This document shows, piece by piece, positions 22,119 to 31,268 of a DNA stretch of 64,000 bases. The position numbers and the translations under genes are program-made. The stretch's first letter is position 1. Every line of letters starts with the position of its first letter. The stretch comes from Alphaproteobacteria bacterium. GTDB taxonomy: Bacteria; Pseudomonadota; Alphaproteobacteria; Bin95. Under the pieces are notes generated by a model. That model searched no databases. It had not been told where the DNA came from and worked only from the letters and a program-made list of their open reading frames with translations. The stretch is from NCBI GenBank assembly GCA_965205265.1, contig CBDBGH010000003.1:256001-320000 (forward strand). Direction: 5' to 3'.

Positions 22119-24164
22119 ATGACCGGAAGCCGCTATCCGAATCTCCTCAAGCCGTTCCGCATCCGGCATACGGCCTTCCGGAACCGCCTGATGAGCACGA
22201 GCCACGCGCCGGGTTATGTCGAGGACCGGCACCCGAAGTTGCGCTACCAGCTCTATCACGAGGAGAAGGCGAAGGGCGGGCTCGCGCTCACCATGTTCGG
22301 CGGGTCCTCCAACATTGCGCCGGACTCGCCGTCCGCCTTCGGCCAGATCTATATCGGCGACGACACGATCGTCCCGGTGCTGCGCGAGTTCTCGGCGCGC
22401 ATCCACCGGCATGGCTGCGCCATCATGTGCCAGATCACCCATATGGGCCACCGCACGCTCTGGGACGTGGAGGACTGGCTGGTGCCGGTGGCGCCGTCGG
22501 CGGTGCGCGAGCCCGCGCACCGCTCCTTCCCGAAGGAGATGGACCGGGACGACATCCGCCGGGTCGTGCGCGCCTTCGGCGACGCGGCGCTGCGCTGCAA
22601 GGAAGGCGGGCTCGACGGCACGGAGCTGCTCGCCTACGGCCATCTCATCCACCAGTTCTGGACGCCGCTGGTCAACCGGCGCACCGACGAATACGGAGGC
22701 AGCCTGGAGAACCGGGCGCGCTTCGGCCTCGAAGTGCTGGAGGAAGTCCGGCGCCGGGTGGGGGAGGACTTCCTCGTCGGCCTCAGAATGATCGGCGACG
22801 AGCTGAAGGAAGGCGGGCTCAGCCGTGAGGACTGCCTCGCGCTGGCGAAGATCTACGCCGATACCGGCTGGTGCGACTTCCTGAATGTCGTGGTCGGCCA
22901 GGTCGGCGACGAGCGCGGCCTCTCGCAGTCGATTCCCACCATGGCGGGCCCGCTCGCGCCCTTCGTGGAGGTCGCGGCCGGAATGAAGCGGGCGACGGGG
23001 CTGCCGGTATTCCACGCCACCCGCATCGCGGACCTCGCAACGGCGGAATACTGCGTGCGCGAGGGCCTTGTGGACATGGTGGCGATGACCCGCGCCCATA
23101 TGGCGGACCCGCATATCGCGGCAAAGATGCTGCGCGGCGAGGAGGAGCGCATCCGGCCCTGCGTCGGTGCGGGATACTGCCTCGACCGCATCTATACCGG
23201 CGGCGACGCGCTCTGCCTGCACAATCCCGCCACGGGCCGCGAGCGGACGATGCCGCATGTCATCGAGCCGGGTCCCGGCCCGCGGCGCAAGGTCGTGGTG
23301 GTAGGAGCGGGCCCGGCCGGTCTGGAGGCGGCCCGCGTCTCCGCGCTCCGGGGGCACGAGGTGGCGGTCTTCGAGGCGGCGGCCGAACCCGGCGGCCAGA
23401 TCGTGCTGGCGGCGCGGGCGACATGGCGCCGGGACCTGCTCGGCATTGCGGAGTGGCTCGCCGCCGAGGTCGAACATCTGGGCGCGGCGGTGCATTTCAA
23501 CCGCTACGCCGAGGCCGAAGACATTCTGGCGGAAGCGCCGGATATCGTTGTGGTCGCGACCGGCGGCGTGCCGAACACGGACTGGCTGGAGGGCAGCGCG
23601 CATGTCGCAAGCGTCTGGGACGTGCTCGGCGGACAGGTCGAGCCCGGCGCCGAAGTGCTGGTCTATGACGACCACGGCGACCACCAGGGGCCGAGCGCGG
23701 CGGATTTCCTGGCGTCGCGCGGCTCGAAGGTGGAGCTCGTGACGCCCGACCGCATGGCCGCGCATGACATCGGCGCCAGCAACTTTCCCGTCTATCTCGC
23801 CAATTTCTACGCGATGGGCGTGCGCATGACGCCGGACCGCCGGCTCCGCCGGGTGAAGCGCGAGGGTAACCGGCTGAGCGCCACGCTGCGCAACGTCTAT
23901 GACGACGCGGACGAGACCCGGCTGGTGGACCAGATCGTCGTCGAGCACGGCACGCTGCCCAATGCGGCGCTGTTCCACGAGCTTCGCCCGCTCGCCCGGA
24001 ACGGCGGGGAGGTGGATATCGACGCGCTGATCGCCGGCCGGCCGCAGCAGCCCGCGTCGAGCGGGGAGGACGGGTTCATGCTCTTCCGCGTCGGCGACGC
24101 CGTCGCCAGCCGCAACATCCACGCCGCCATCTACGACTCCCTGCGCCTCTGCAAGGACTTCTGA
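22119..24164 (+). CDS. NADH:flavin oxidoreductase (OYE-like TIM barrel + 4Fe-4S + FAD domain), N-methylproline demethylase HpbA/StcD- or DgcA-like
   Basis: RNRLMSTSH, AYGHLIHQF, YGGSLENRARF, RPCVGAGYC...CLHNP, GAGPAGLEAA, C-terminal GDAVASRNIHAAIYDSLRLCKDF. Confidence 0.85.
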   Translation: MTGSRYPNLLKPFRIRHTAFRNRLMSTSHAPGYVEDRHPKLRYQLYHEEKAKGGLALTMFGGSSNIAPDSPSAFGQIYIGDDTIVPVLREFSARIHRHGCAIMCQITHMGHRTLWDVEDWLVPVAPSAVREPAHRSFPKEMDRDDIRRVVRAFGDAALRCKEGGLDGTELLAYGHLIHQFWTPLVNRRTDEYGGSLENRARFGLEVLEEVRRRVGEDFLVGLRMIGDELKEGGLSREDCLALAKIYADTGWCDFLNVVVGQVGDERGLSQSIPTMAGPLAPFVEVAAGMKRATGLPVFHATRIADLATAEYCVREGLVDMVAMTRAHMADPHIAAKMLRGEEERIRPCVGAGYCLDRIYTGGDALCLHNPATGRERTMPHVIEPGPGPRRKVVVVGAGPAGLEAARVSALRGHEVAVFEAAAEPGGQIVLAARATWRRDLLGIAEWLAAEVEHLGAAVHFNRYAEAEDILAEAPDIVVVATGGVPNTDWLEGSAHVASVWDVLGGQVEPGAEVLVYDDHGDHQGPSAADFLASRGSKVELVTPDRMAAHDIGASNFPVYLANFYAMGVRMTPDRRLRRVKREGNRLSATLRNVYDDADETRLVDQIVVEHGTLPNAALFHELRPLARNGGEVDIDALIAGRPQQPASSGEDGFMLFRVGDAVASRNIHAAIYDSLRLCKDF

Positions 24165-24267
24165 CGCCGGAGACATGGCGGCAGGGCCAATCTATGCCGT
24201 CGCGTCCAAGGACATATAACAATCGTGTATAACATGCAGCCGAACCTTCATATCGAGGGCTCGTTGC

Positions 24268-24738
24268 ATGCATACCGGCATAGAGCGGGCGCCAGCGAAA
24301 CCGGGAAACTTTCGGGTCCCGGCGGCGGCGATCGGGCTTGCGGCGTCGCTGCTGGCCGCGCCCCTGCCGGCGGCGGACTATTCCTGGCCGGTCGTGCGCG
24401 TCGTCGATGGCGATACGGTCAAGGTCGATGCCAGCGCCGACTTGCCGCCCGAGCTCGCCTCCCTGTCCGTCCGGCTGCGCGGCGTCGATACGCCGGAAAA
24501 GGGCAGGCGGGCGAAATGCGAGGCCGAACGGCAGGCGGGCCGCGCCGCAACCGCCTTCACCGAGGCGGCGGTCGCCGGAGCCGGGAACATCCTCGTCCGC
24601 GACCCCGCCTGGGGCAAATGGGGCGGCCGCGTCATCGCGGACCTCGTTCTGGACGGCTCCTCGCTGTCGTCCGTCCTGATCGAGGCAGGCCATGGCCGGC
24701 CCTATGACGGCGGCAGACGAAAGGGCTGGTGTCGATAG
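24268..24738 (+). CDS. Thermonuclease (SNase) family protein with signal peptide
   Basis: VVRVVDGDTV, VRLRGVDTPE, KWGGRVIA, LIEAGHGRPYDGGRR; hydrophobic N-terminus. Start uncertain. Confidence 0.85.
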   Translation: MHTGIERAPAKPGNFRVPAAAIGLAASLLAAPLPAADYSWPVVRVVDGDTVKVDASADLPPELASLSVRLRGVDTPEKGRRAKCEAERQAGRAATAFTEAAVAGAGNILVRDPAWGKWGGRVIADLVLDGSSLSSVLIEAGHGRPYDGGRRKGWCR

Positions 24739-24791
24739 GAACGGTGCGTATCGAAGGGCCGTCGCCTGTTTCAAGCCGGTTGGATACCGCA

Positions 24792-27107
24792 CTATGCGCC
24801 GTTCAGCGCGCGCCAGACCTTCTCCGGGGTGATCGGCATATCGATATGGGAGATGCCGAGCGCGTCTGCGACGGCGGCGGTAATCGCGGGCGGGGCGCCG
24901 CAGGCGCCGCCCTCGCCGATGCCCTTGACGCCGAGTTCGTTCGAGGGGTTCGGCACCGGGTTGAAGCCGACGTCGATTTCCGGGAAGTCGCTCGCGCGCG
25001 GCATGCAGTAGTCCATGAAGGAGCCGGCGAGGAACTGGCCGCTCTCCGGCTCATAGGCGGTGTGCTCCAGCAGCGCCTGGCCCAGCCCCTGCCCGACGCC
25101 GCCATGCACCTGGCCCGCGGCCAGAAGCGGGTTGATGACGGTGCCGCAATCGTCCACGGCGGTGTATTTCACCACCCGGACCTGCCCGGTCTCCGGGTCC
25201 AGCTCGACCTCGCAGACATGGCAGCCGTTCGGGAAGTTGCACTCGGTCGGGCGCTGGTAGCGGCAGGTCTCGTCGAGGCCGGGCTCCTCGCCCTCGGGAA
25301 GGGCCGCAGGGTCGCGCGCGATCCGGGCGATCTCGTCGAACGAGACGGCGAGATCCGTGCCCGCTACGCGGAAAGACCCGTCCGCGAACTCGATGTCGGC
25401 GGGCGCGGCCTCCAGCCGGTGCGCGGCGATGCGCGACGCCTTCTCGACGATCTGCGCGCAGGCGCGCGAGACCGAGACGCCGCCCATCTGCGAGGAGCGC
25501 GAACCGCCGGTGCCGTTGCCGAAGGAGACGAAAGCGGTATCGCCCTGGAGCAGGCGGATGTCTTCAAACGCGATACCGAGTTTCTGGTGGACGATCTGGG
25601 CGAAGGCGGTCTCATGCCCCTGGCCGTGGCTGAAGGTGCCCATGATGAGCGAGACGCTTCCGTCTTCCTCGAAGCGGACCTGCGCCTGCTCCACCGGCGC
25701 GCCGCCCGAGGCCTCGATATAGTAGCCGAGACCGAGCCCCCGGCGCCTGCCGGCGGCTTCCGACTCCGCCCGGCGCCGGTCGAAGCCGGCGACATCGGCG
25801 CGCTCCAGCGCCCGTTCCTGGGTTTCGGCGAAGGAACCGGAATCGATGACCATGCCGACCCGGTTGGTGTAGGGCAGGGCGTCCGGCCGGATGAAGTTGC
25901 GGCGGCGGATTTCGGCGGGCGAGAGGCCGAAAGCCTTCGCTCCCGCGTCCAGCAGGCGCTCCATCTGGTAGCAGATTTCCGGCCGCCCGGCGCCGCGATA
26001 GGCGTCCGTCGGCACGGTGTTGGTAAAGAGGCAGCGCACGGAAAGCTGCATGGCCGGCACGTGATAAACGGAGCCGGCGATGCGGGCGCCCGCCACGGTC
26101 GGGATTCTCGGCCCGAAATCGGAGAGGTAGCCGCCGAGATTGGCGAGCGTGCGGGCCTTCATGCCGAGAATGCGCCCCTCGTCGTCGAAGGCCATTTCTG
26201 CCGCGGTCAGGTGGTCGCGGCCGTGCGGGTCGGCGAGCATGGTCTCCTGGCGGTCCGCCCGCCACTTGACCGGCCTTCCGAGCCGGCGGGCGGCCCAGAG
26301 CACCATCACCGTTTCCGGGAACAGCTTGCCGCGCAGGCCGAAGCCGCCCCCGACATCGGGCGAGACGACGCGCACCCGGTCCTTCGGCACGTCGAAAGCG
26401 ATGTCGGCAAGGCCGTTGCGCACCCGGACGGCGCCCTGGGTCGGGGAGTGCAGCAGGTAGCGCTCTTCCTCCGCCTCCCACTGTCCGATGGCAACGCGGG
26501 GCTCCATCGGGTTGCCGACGACGCGGTTGTTCGCAAGCTCCACCCGCACCGTCTTCGCGGCCTGCGCGAACGCCGCCTCGACCTCGGCGCCGTCATGGCT
26601 CAGCCAGTGCACGCAGAGATTGGAGCCGACCGGTTCGTGCAGGACCGGCGCGCCCGGTGCATCCGCCTCGGCGGCCGTGCAGACTGCGGGCAACACTTCG
26701 TATTTGACCTCGACCAGCTCCGCAGCGTCCCGCGCCTGCTGCGCCGTCTCCGCCACCACGAAGGCCACCGGGTCGCCGACATAGCGCACCCGGTCGGTCT
26801 GGAGCACGGCGCGGCCGGGATCGGCCATGCGCGCCCCGTCCGCGCCCGGCACATCCACCTGGCAGGGCAGCAGCGGCAGGCCGTCGGCCGCCGCATCCTG
26901 CCCGGTGAGCACCGCCACGACGCCGGGCGCCGCCTCGGCCGCGTGCGTGTCGAGGCTTACAATGCGGGCATGTGCGTGCGGGCTGCGGAGCACGACCGCG
27001 TGGGCCTGGCCCTCGATGTCGATATCGTCCGTGAAGCGCCCGGCGCCGGTCACGAAGCGCGCGTCTTCCTTGCGCCGCACCGGCTGGCCGATGCCGAATT
27101 GGTCCAT
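24792..27107 (-). CDS. Xanthine dehydrogenase family molybdopterin-binding large subunit (CoxL form II-like)
   Basis: RKEDARFVTGAGRF, VGGGFG, AYRGAGRPE, HGQGHET, GQVHGG, KGIGEGG. Confidence 0.92.
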   Translation of the reverse strand: MDQFGIGQPVRRKEDARFVTGAGRFTDDIDIEGQAHAVVLRSPHAHARIVSLDTHAAEAAPGVVAVLTGQDAAADGLPLLPCQVDVPGADGARMADPGRAVLQTDRVRYVGDPVAFVVAETAQQARDAAELVEVKYEVLPAVCTAAEADAPGAPVLHEPVGSNLCVHWLSHDGAEVEAAFAQAAKTVRVELANNRVVGNPMEPRVAIGQWEAEEERYLLHSPTQGAVRVRNGLADIAFDVPKDRVRVVSPDVGGGFGLRGKLFPETVMVLWAARRLGRPVKWRADRQETMLADPHGRDHLTAAEMAFDDEGRILGMKARTLANLGGYLSDFGPRIPTVAGARIAGSVYHVPAMQLSVRCLFTNTVPTDAYRGAGRPEICYQMERLLDAGAKAFGLSPAEIRRRNFIRPDALPYTNRVGMVIDSGSFAETQERALERADVAGFDRRRAESEAAGRRRGLGLGYYIEASGGAPVEQAQVRFEEDGSVSLIMGTFSHGQGHETAFAQIVHQKLGIAFEDIRLLQGDTAFVSFGNGTGGSRSSQMGGVSVSRACAQIVEKASRIAAHRLEAAPADIEFADGSFRVAGTDLAVSFDEIARIARDPAALPEGEEPGLDETCRYQRPTECNFPNGCHVCEVELDPETGQVRVVKYTAVDDCGTVINPLLAAGQVHGGVGQGLGQALLEHTAYEPESGQFLAGSFMDYCMPRASDFPEIDVGFNPVPNPSNELGVKGIGEGGACGAPPAITAAVADALGISHIDMPITPEKVWRALNGA

Positions 27108-27143
27108 TTCCTAGCCTTTCCTGAGGAGCGGCGGAGGCCGCGC

Positions 27144-27650
27144 CTATTCGAAATGCTTCTCCATCACTTCGGTGACGGACTTTTGAACGATCGGAATCAC
27201 ATGGAGGCTGATATCCGCCATGTAGCCCCGCATTTTCCTCTGTATCGCCTGCCCTTCGGGGGAGCCGTAAAACGCCGTCATGGTGTCGATCTCGGCCGCG
27301 GTGAAATGCTTGGAGACGATCTTCACCATGATGTCCTCAATGTTGGCTGCGGCCAGCCCTTCGGACACGCCCTTCCGGAACAGGCCTCGCTTTTCTTCCG
27401 GTATCAGCAACAGGACGTTGCCGGCCACATTGTCCGCCATCCGTTCGACCGGCACGAGTTCGAGATATTTCTTCGCCGCCTCGACGCGGCTTTCCGGCGT
27501 ATCCGGCCGGTCTTCGGCAATCGCCGGCGCGGCGGCCAGGCACACCGGCAAGAGAGCCGTGAGCAGGATGCGCCGCGCCGCGCCGCGGATGCCGGTGAGA
27601 CTTCCCCGAAGCCGGAAGCGGATAGGCCGCATTCCCGCGGTGTCGTACAT
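27144..27650 (-). CDS. Exported protein, DUF2059-like
   Basis: Signal-peptide-like segment; KHFTAAEIDTMTAFYGSPEGQ resembles the DUF2059 core. Start uncertain. Confidence 0.65.
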   Translation of the reverse strand: MYDTAGMRPIRFRLRGSLTGIRGAARRILLTALLPVCLAAAPAIAEDRPDTPESRVEAAKKYLELVPVERMADNVAGNVLLLIPEEKRGLFRKGVSEGLAAANIEDIMVKIVSKHFTAAEIDTMTAFYGSPEGQAIQRKMRGYMADISLHVIPIVQKSVTEVMEKHFE

Positions 27651-27767
27651 GGGCGAACCTCCTCGCCGTCCGCGACGGCGAGGACGGAGCGCCGCGACGG
27701 CCCGCCCATGCTGCGCCGAAAGGCGGGCCGCCGCAACTCTCCCCGCTGCCGGATGGAACCGGTGCGT

Positions 27768-28091
27768 CTAGCGCCTGAGGTTGAAGAAGGGCGCGGCCTG
27801 AAGGATGCGGTTCTCCTGGCTGAGCAGATAGCCCGCCTCGGCGGAGCGCTCGAGATAGGCCTGCCATTCCGGGTCGGCCTGCATGGCGGCGCGCTTGGTA
27901 GCGCGGTCGGCCGCATCCTCATAGGCCCAGACATGGACATAGGTGTTGATCGGCCCCGTTTCGGTAATGCCGTAAAGCACGGGCTCTCCGAGATGGCGGG
28001 TCTGCACGGGATAGCCGTGCTCCTCGTAGAGGGCCATCGCCTTGGGCACGGTGCCGGGGCGGCAGGTATAGACGCGGTGGTCGAAGATCAT
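27768..28091 (-). CDS. NIPSNAP family protein
   Basis: RVYTCRPG, TETGPINTYVHVWAYED.ADR..KRAAM.ADPEW, QENRIL. Confidence 0.88.
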   Translation of the reverse strand: MIFDHRVYTCRPGTVPKAMALYEEHGYPVQTRHLGEPVLYGITETGPINTYVHVWAYEDAADRATKRAAMQADPEWQAYLERSAEAGYLLSQENRILQAAPFFNLRR

Positions 28092-28170
28092 GGGAGCGTT
28101 CCTTCCTCGCGTAACTCCGCCGAGACGCTATGATGAGCGCGCCTACCGCCGCAAGGGGAGCCCTCCCGAA

Positions 28171-28959
28171 ATGAGCGAAGATGTCGCCGTCAACGCCGCC
28201 GAACTCCGCACGCTCGCCGTCAAGCTGCAGGACCTGCTGAAGATCCGCACCCTGCCGATCGGCATGAAGCAGTACGAAAGCCTGGAGGAGATGGAAAAGG
28301 TGCCGGGACTGCGCCGCCCGAAGCCGGGGCGCTTCCACACCACCTGCCAGCTTGTCACGCAGAGCCGAATCGCCGGCTTCACGCTGGGCATCACCGCGGA
28401 GAATGTGCGCCCGCAGTCCAATTGCGGCGGCGTCATGGGCATCGACCTGCCGGACGAGGGCACGCTTTCGGGCGAGCACATGGACGGTGTGTGGTTCGCC
28501 GACCGGGAAGCCGCGCGGGAGCACCAGGCGCATATGCCGCGCCAGACCTTCGGCAAGTATGTCGGCACGGTCGTCTCGCCCCTGCGCGCCGCGCGCCTCG
28601 ACCCGCCGGACATCGTGCTGTTCTACGGCACGCCGGGCCAGATCATCCTGTTCGTCAACGGCCTGCAGTGGAAGCGCTACCGGCGCTACGACATGTCGAT
28701 CACCGGCGAGAGCGCCTGCGCCGACAGCTGGGGCAAGGCGCTCTTGACCCGCGACACCTCGATCTCGATCCCCTGCTATGCCGAGCGCCGCTATGGCGGC
28801 GTGGCGGACGACGAAATGCTGATCGCCATGCCGCCGGAGGAGTTCGCGCGCGGCGTCGAGGGCATGGAGAAGCTCTCCCGCGTCGGGCTGCGCTACCCGA
28901 TCCCGCCCTATGGCGCGCATATGGACCCCTCGGAAGGCATGTCCGCCAGCTATGGCTGA
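28171..28959 (+). CDS. DUF169-like Cys-containing protein
   Basis: TTCQ, NCGG, PPDIVLFYGTPGQ, SACADS, SIPCYAERRYGG..DDEM. Confidence 0.75.
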   Translation: MSEDVAVNAAELRTLAVKLQDLLKIRTLPIGMKQYESLEEMEKVPGLRRPKPGRFHTTCQLVTQSRIAGFTLGITAENVRPQSNCGGVMGIDLPDEGTLSGEHMDGVWFADREAAREHQAHMPRQTFGKYVGTVVSPLRAARLDPPDIVLFYGTPGQIILFVNGLQWKRYRRYDMSITGESACADSWGKALLTRDTSISIPCYAERRYGGVADDEMLIAMPPEEFARGVEGMEKLSRVGLRYPIPPYGAHMDPSEGMSASYG

Positions 28960-28966
28960 GGGTGTC

Positions 28967-29108
28967 AGCCCGCATTTCTCACCAGGGTCGCGGCCTGCGT
29001 CGCCTCCAGGCGTTCGCTCCGCAAGGAGTGGGCCGAAAAGCGTAGCGGTGCCTACGCTTGAGGCCCGCAACGCCGCGCAGACCATGACCCTGGTGAGAAA
29101 TGCGGGCT
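28967..29108. repeat. 142-bp palindromic MITE/REP-like element with 23-bp perfect terminal inverted repeats
   Basis: AGCCCGCATTTCTCACCAGGGTC (28967-28989) and its exact reverse complement (29086-29108); internal hairpin AAGCGTAG..CTACGCTT. Confidence 0.8.
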
Positions 29109-30101
29109 AGGCCCGACACCGTCCGCCTGCAACGCCTCGCCCGCGCCTATCGGGAAAGCGGGACGCTGCTGGCCGCGGTCGAACTCGGCCTGTTCACCGA
29201 GATTGCGCGCGGCGCCGACACCGAGGAGAAGCTCGCCGCCGCGCTCGGCCTCGAGCCGCCGAACGGGGAGCGGATCATCGTGGCCTGCCTCGGCCTCGGG
29301 CTGATCCGGCGCGAGGGCGAGAGGCTTGTCAATGCGCTGGATGTCGAGCGCTTCCTGGTCGCGGGCTCGCGCCACTACGCCGCGCCCTGGATGTTCTTCA
29401 CGAAACCCGACTGGAACGAGTGGGGCCGGCTGGCCGAGCATCTGCGCCGGCCCGGCCCGCCGCTGGAGGAGAACGCCTCCGTCGCGGCCATCACGGTGGA
29501 AGAGGCGCGGCGCTACCATGAGGCGACGCGGGCGGTCGGGGCGGGCGCCGGCCGGCTGTTCGCCCGCACGACCGACCTCTCGGGCAGGACCCGCATGATG
29601 GACATCGGCGGCGGCTCCGGGGCGTATTGCATCGCGGCCTGCCGGGCGAGCCCCGACTTGCGGGCGGTTGTCCTCGACCTGCCGGTGGTTTGCGAGGTTG
29701 CCCGCGGCTACATCGCCGAAGCCGGCCTGTCGGACCGTATCGAGGCCGTGCCCTGCGACTTCAACAAGGACGATTTCCCGACCGGCTGCGACCTCGCCGT
29801 GATGGCGTCGAACCTGCCCATGTACGGGCGCTGGCAGATCGCATGGGTGGTGAAGAAGGTTTATGGAGCGCTGCTGCCGGGCGGCGAATTCCACCTCATC
29901 GGCGAGGCGCTGGCGCCGGACCGGTCGGGGCCCGCCGACGCCGCGCTCTGGGGCCTGGCGCAGACGCTCCACGCCTCCACCGGCCTCGCCCATTCGAGCG
30001 CCGAGGTCGCCGGCTATTTCGAGGCGGCGGGCTTCCGCGACATCGCCGTCGAGGATTTCCTGCCCGGCATCCTGGTCCGCGTCTCGGGCCGCAAGGGCTG
30101 A
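29100..30101 (+). CDS. SAM-dependent O-methyltransferase (dimerisation domain + Methyltransf_2 type)
   Basis: LLAAVELGLF, MMDIGGGSGAY, VLDLPVV, CDF..D.FP. Confidence 0.88.
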   Translation: MRARPDTVRLQRLARAYRESGTLLAAVELGLFTEIARGADTEEKLAAALGLEPPNGERIIVACLGLGLIRREGERLVNALDVERFLVAGSRHYAAPWMFFTKPDWNEWGRLAEHLRRPGPPLEENASVAAITVEEARRYHEATRAVGAGAGRLFARTTDLSGRTRMMDIGGGSGAYCIAACRASPDLRAVVLDLPVVCEVARGYIAEAGLSDRIEAVPCDFNKDDFPTGCDLAVMASNLPMYGRWQIAWVVKKVYGALLPGGEFHLIGEALAPDRSGPADAALWGLAQTLHASTGLAHSSAEVAGYFEAAGFRDIAVEDFLPGILVRVSGRKG

Positions 30102-30104
30102 GCG

Positions 30105-31268
30105 TCAGCGCCGGGCGTATTGCACGGCGGCGCGGCCGACGGTCTCGCGCGCGATCACCATCTTGGAGATCTGCGCCGTGCCGTCGCCGATCTCCAGCCC
30201 CATCACGTCGCGCAGGCGCTGCTGGTGCGGCAGGTCGCGGCTGTAGCCGAGATGGCCGTGCGTCAGCAGGCACTGGTGGATGGTGTCCACGGAGAGCTTC
30301 GGCGCCCACCATTTGCACATCGCCGCCTCCTTGGTGTGCGCCATCCCCCGGTCGCGCAGCCAGAGCGTGCGGTAGCAGAGCAGCCGGCAGCCCTCGACCT
30401 GTGTGTCGTATTCGGCGAGCGGGAAGGTGACGCCCTGGAACTCCGCGATCGGACGCCCGAAGGCCTCCCGCTCCAAGGTGTAGGGCCAGGTCTCGTCCAG
30501 CGAGGCGCGGGCGGGGCCGAGACATTGCAGGCCGATCAGCGTCCGCGAATAGTCGAAGCCCTGCATCGTCTGCGTGAAGCCGGCGCCTTCGGGGCCCACG
30601 CGGTTCCTGTCCGGCACGCGCACCCCGTCGAACCAGATCGAGCCGCGCCCGACGGCAAGCGAGCCCAGATCGTCATAGGCCGAGCGCGAGACGCCGGGCG
30701 CATCCAGGTCGATCAGGAAGGCGGTCACGCCGCGCGCGCCGGGGCGGTTCGGGTCCGTGCGCGCCATGGCGAGCACGCTGTCGGCATGGGCGGCCATGGA
30801 GATCGAGGCCTTCTCGCCGTCGATCACCCAGTCGTCCCCGTCGCGCCGGGCGCGCAATTGCAGGTTGGCGGCGTCCGAGCCGCCGCGCGGTTCCGTCAGG
30901 CCGAGCGCGATCGTCTCGCGGCCCTCGGCGATGGCCGGCAGCCGCGCTGCGGCCAGCGCCTCGTCGGCGTGGCGGGCGAGGATGTCGGCGCTGAGCGAGG
31001 AGAGCAGCGGCACATAGGCCACATTGAGGTCGCCATAAGCGATCTCCTCGATCAGCAGGCCGGCGGTCACGCCGTCGATGCCCATGCCGCCGTAGCGTTC
31101 CGGCAGCGAGGGCGCAACGAGGCCGAGGCGGCCCATCTCGCGGATGAGCTCGGGGCCCATCGCGGCGTCGTCCTCGCGCTTGCGGTAGCCGGGCAGCAGC
31201 ACCTCGCGGGCGAAGCGGCCGGCGGCTTCCTTCAGGGCGGTCTGGTCTTCGGTCAGTCCGAATTGCAT
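30105..31268 (-). CDS. Acyl-CoA dehydrogenase, cyclohexanecarboxyl-CoA dehydrogenase (AliB-like)
   Basis: LGLTEPRGGSDA, GEKASIS, FQGVTFPLAE, AAMCKWWAP, CLLTHGH.GY..DLPHQQRLRDV.GLEIGDGTAQI. Confidence 0.85.
   Translation of the reverse strand: MQFGLTEDQTALKEAAGRFAREVLLPGYRKREDDAAMGPELIREMGRLGLVAPSLPERYGGMGIDGVTAGLLIEEIAYGDLNVAYVPLLSSLSADILARHADEALAAARLPAIAEGRETIALGLTEPRGGSDAANLQLRARRDGDDWVIDGEKASISMAAHADSVLAMARTDPNRPGARGVTAFLIDLDAPGVSRSAYDDLGSLAVGRGSIWFDGVRVPDRNRVGPEGAGFTQTMQGFDYSRTLIGLQCLGPARASLDETWPYTLEREAFGRPIAEFQGVTFPLAEYDTQVEGCRLLCYRTLWLRDRGMAHTKEAAMCKWWAPKLSVDTIHQCLLTHGHLGYSRDLPHQQRLRDVMGLEIGDGTAQISKMVIARETVGRAAVQYARR

Noticed and set aside
24792-27107. Aerobic CO dehydrogenase (form I coxL)
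   Set aside because: The active-site loop is AYRGAGR rather than AYxCSFR, and coxM/coxS and accessory genes are absent.
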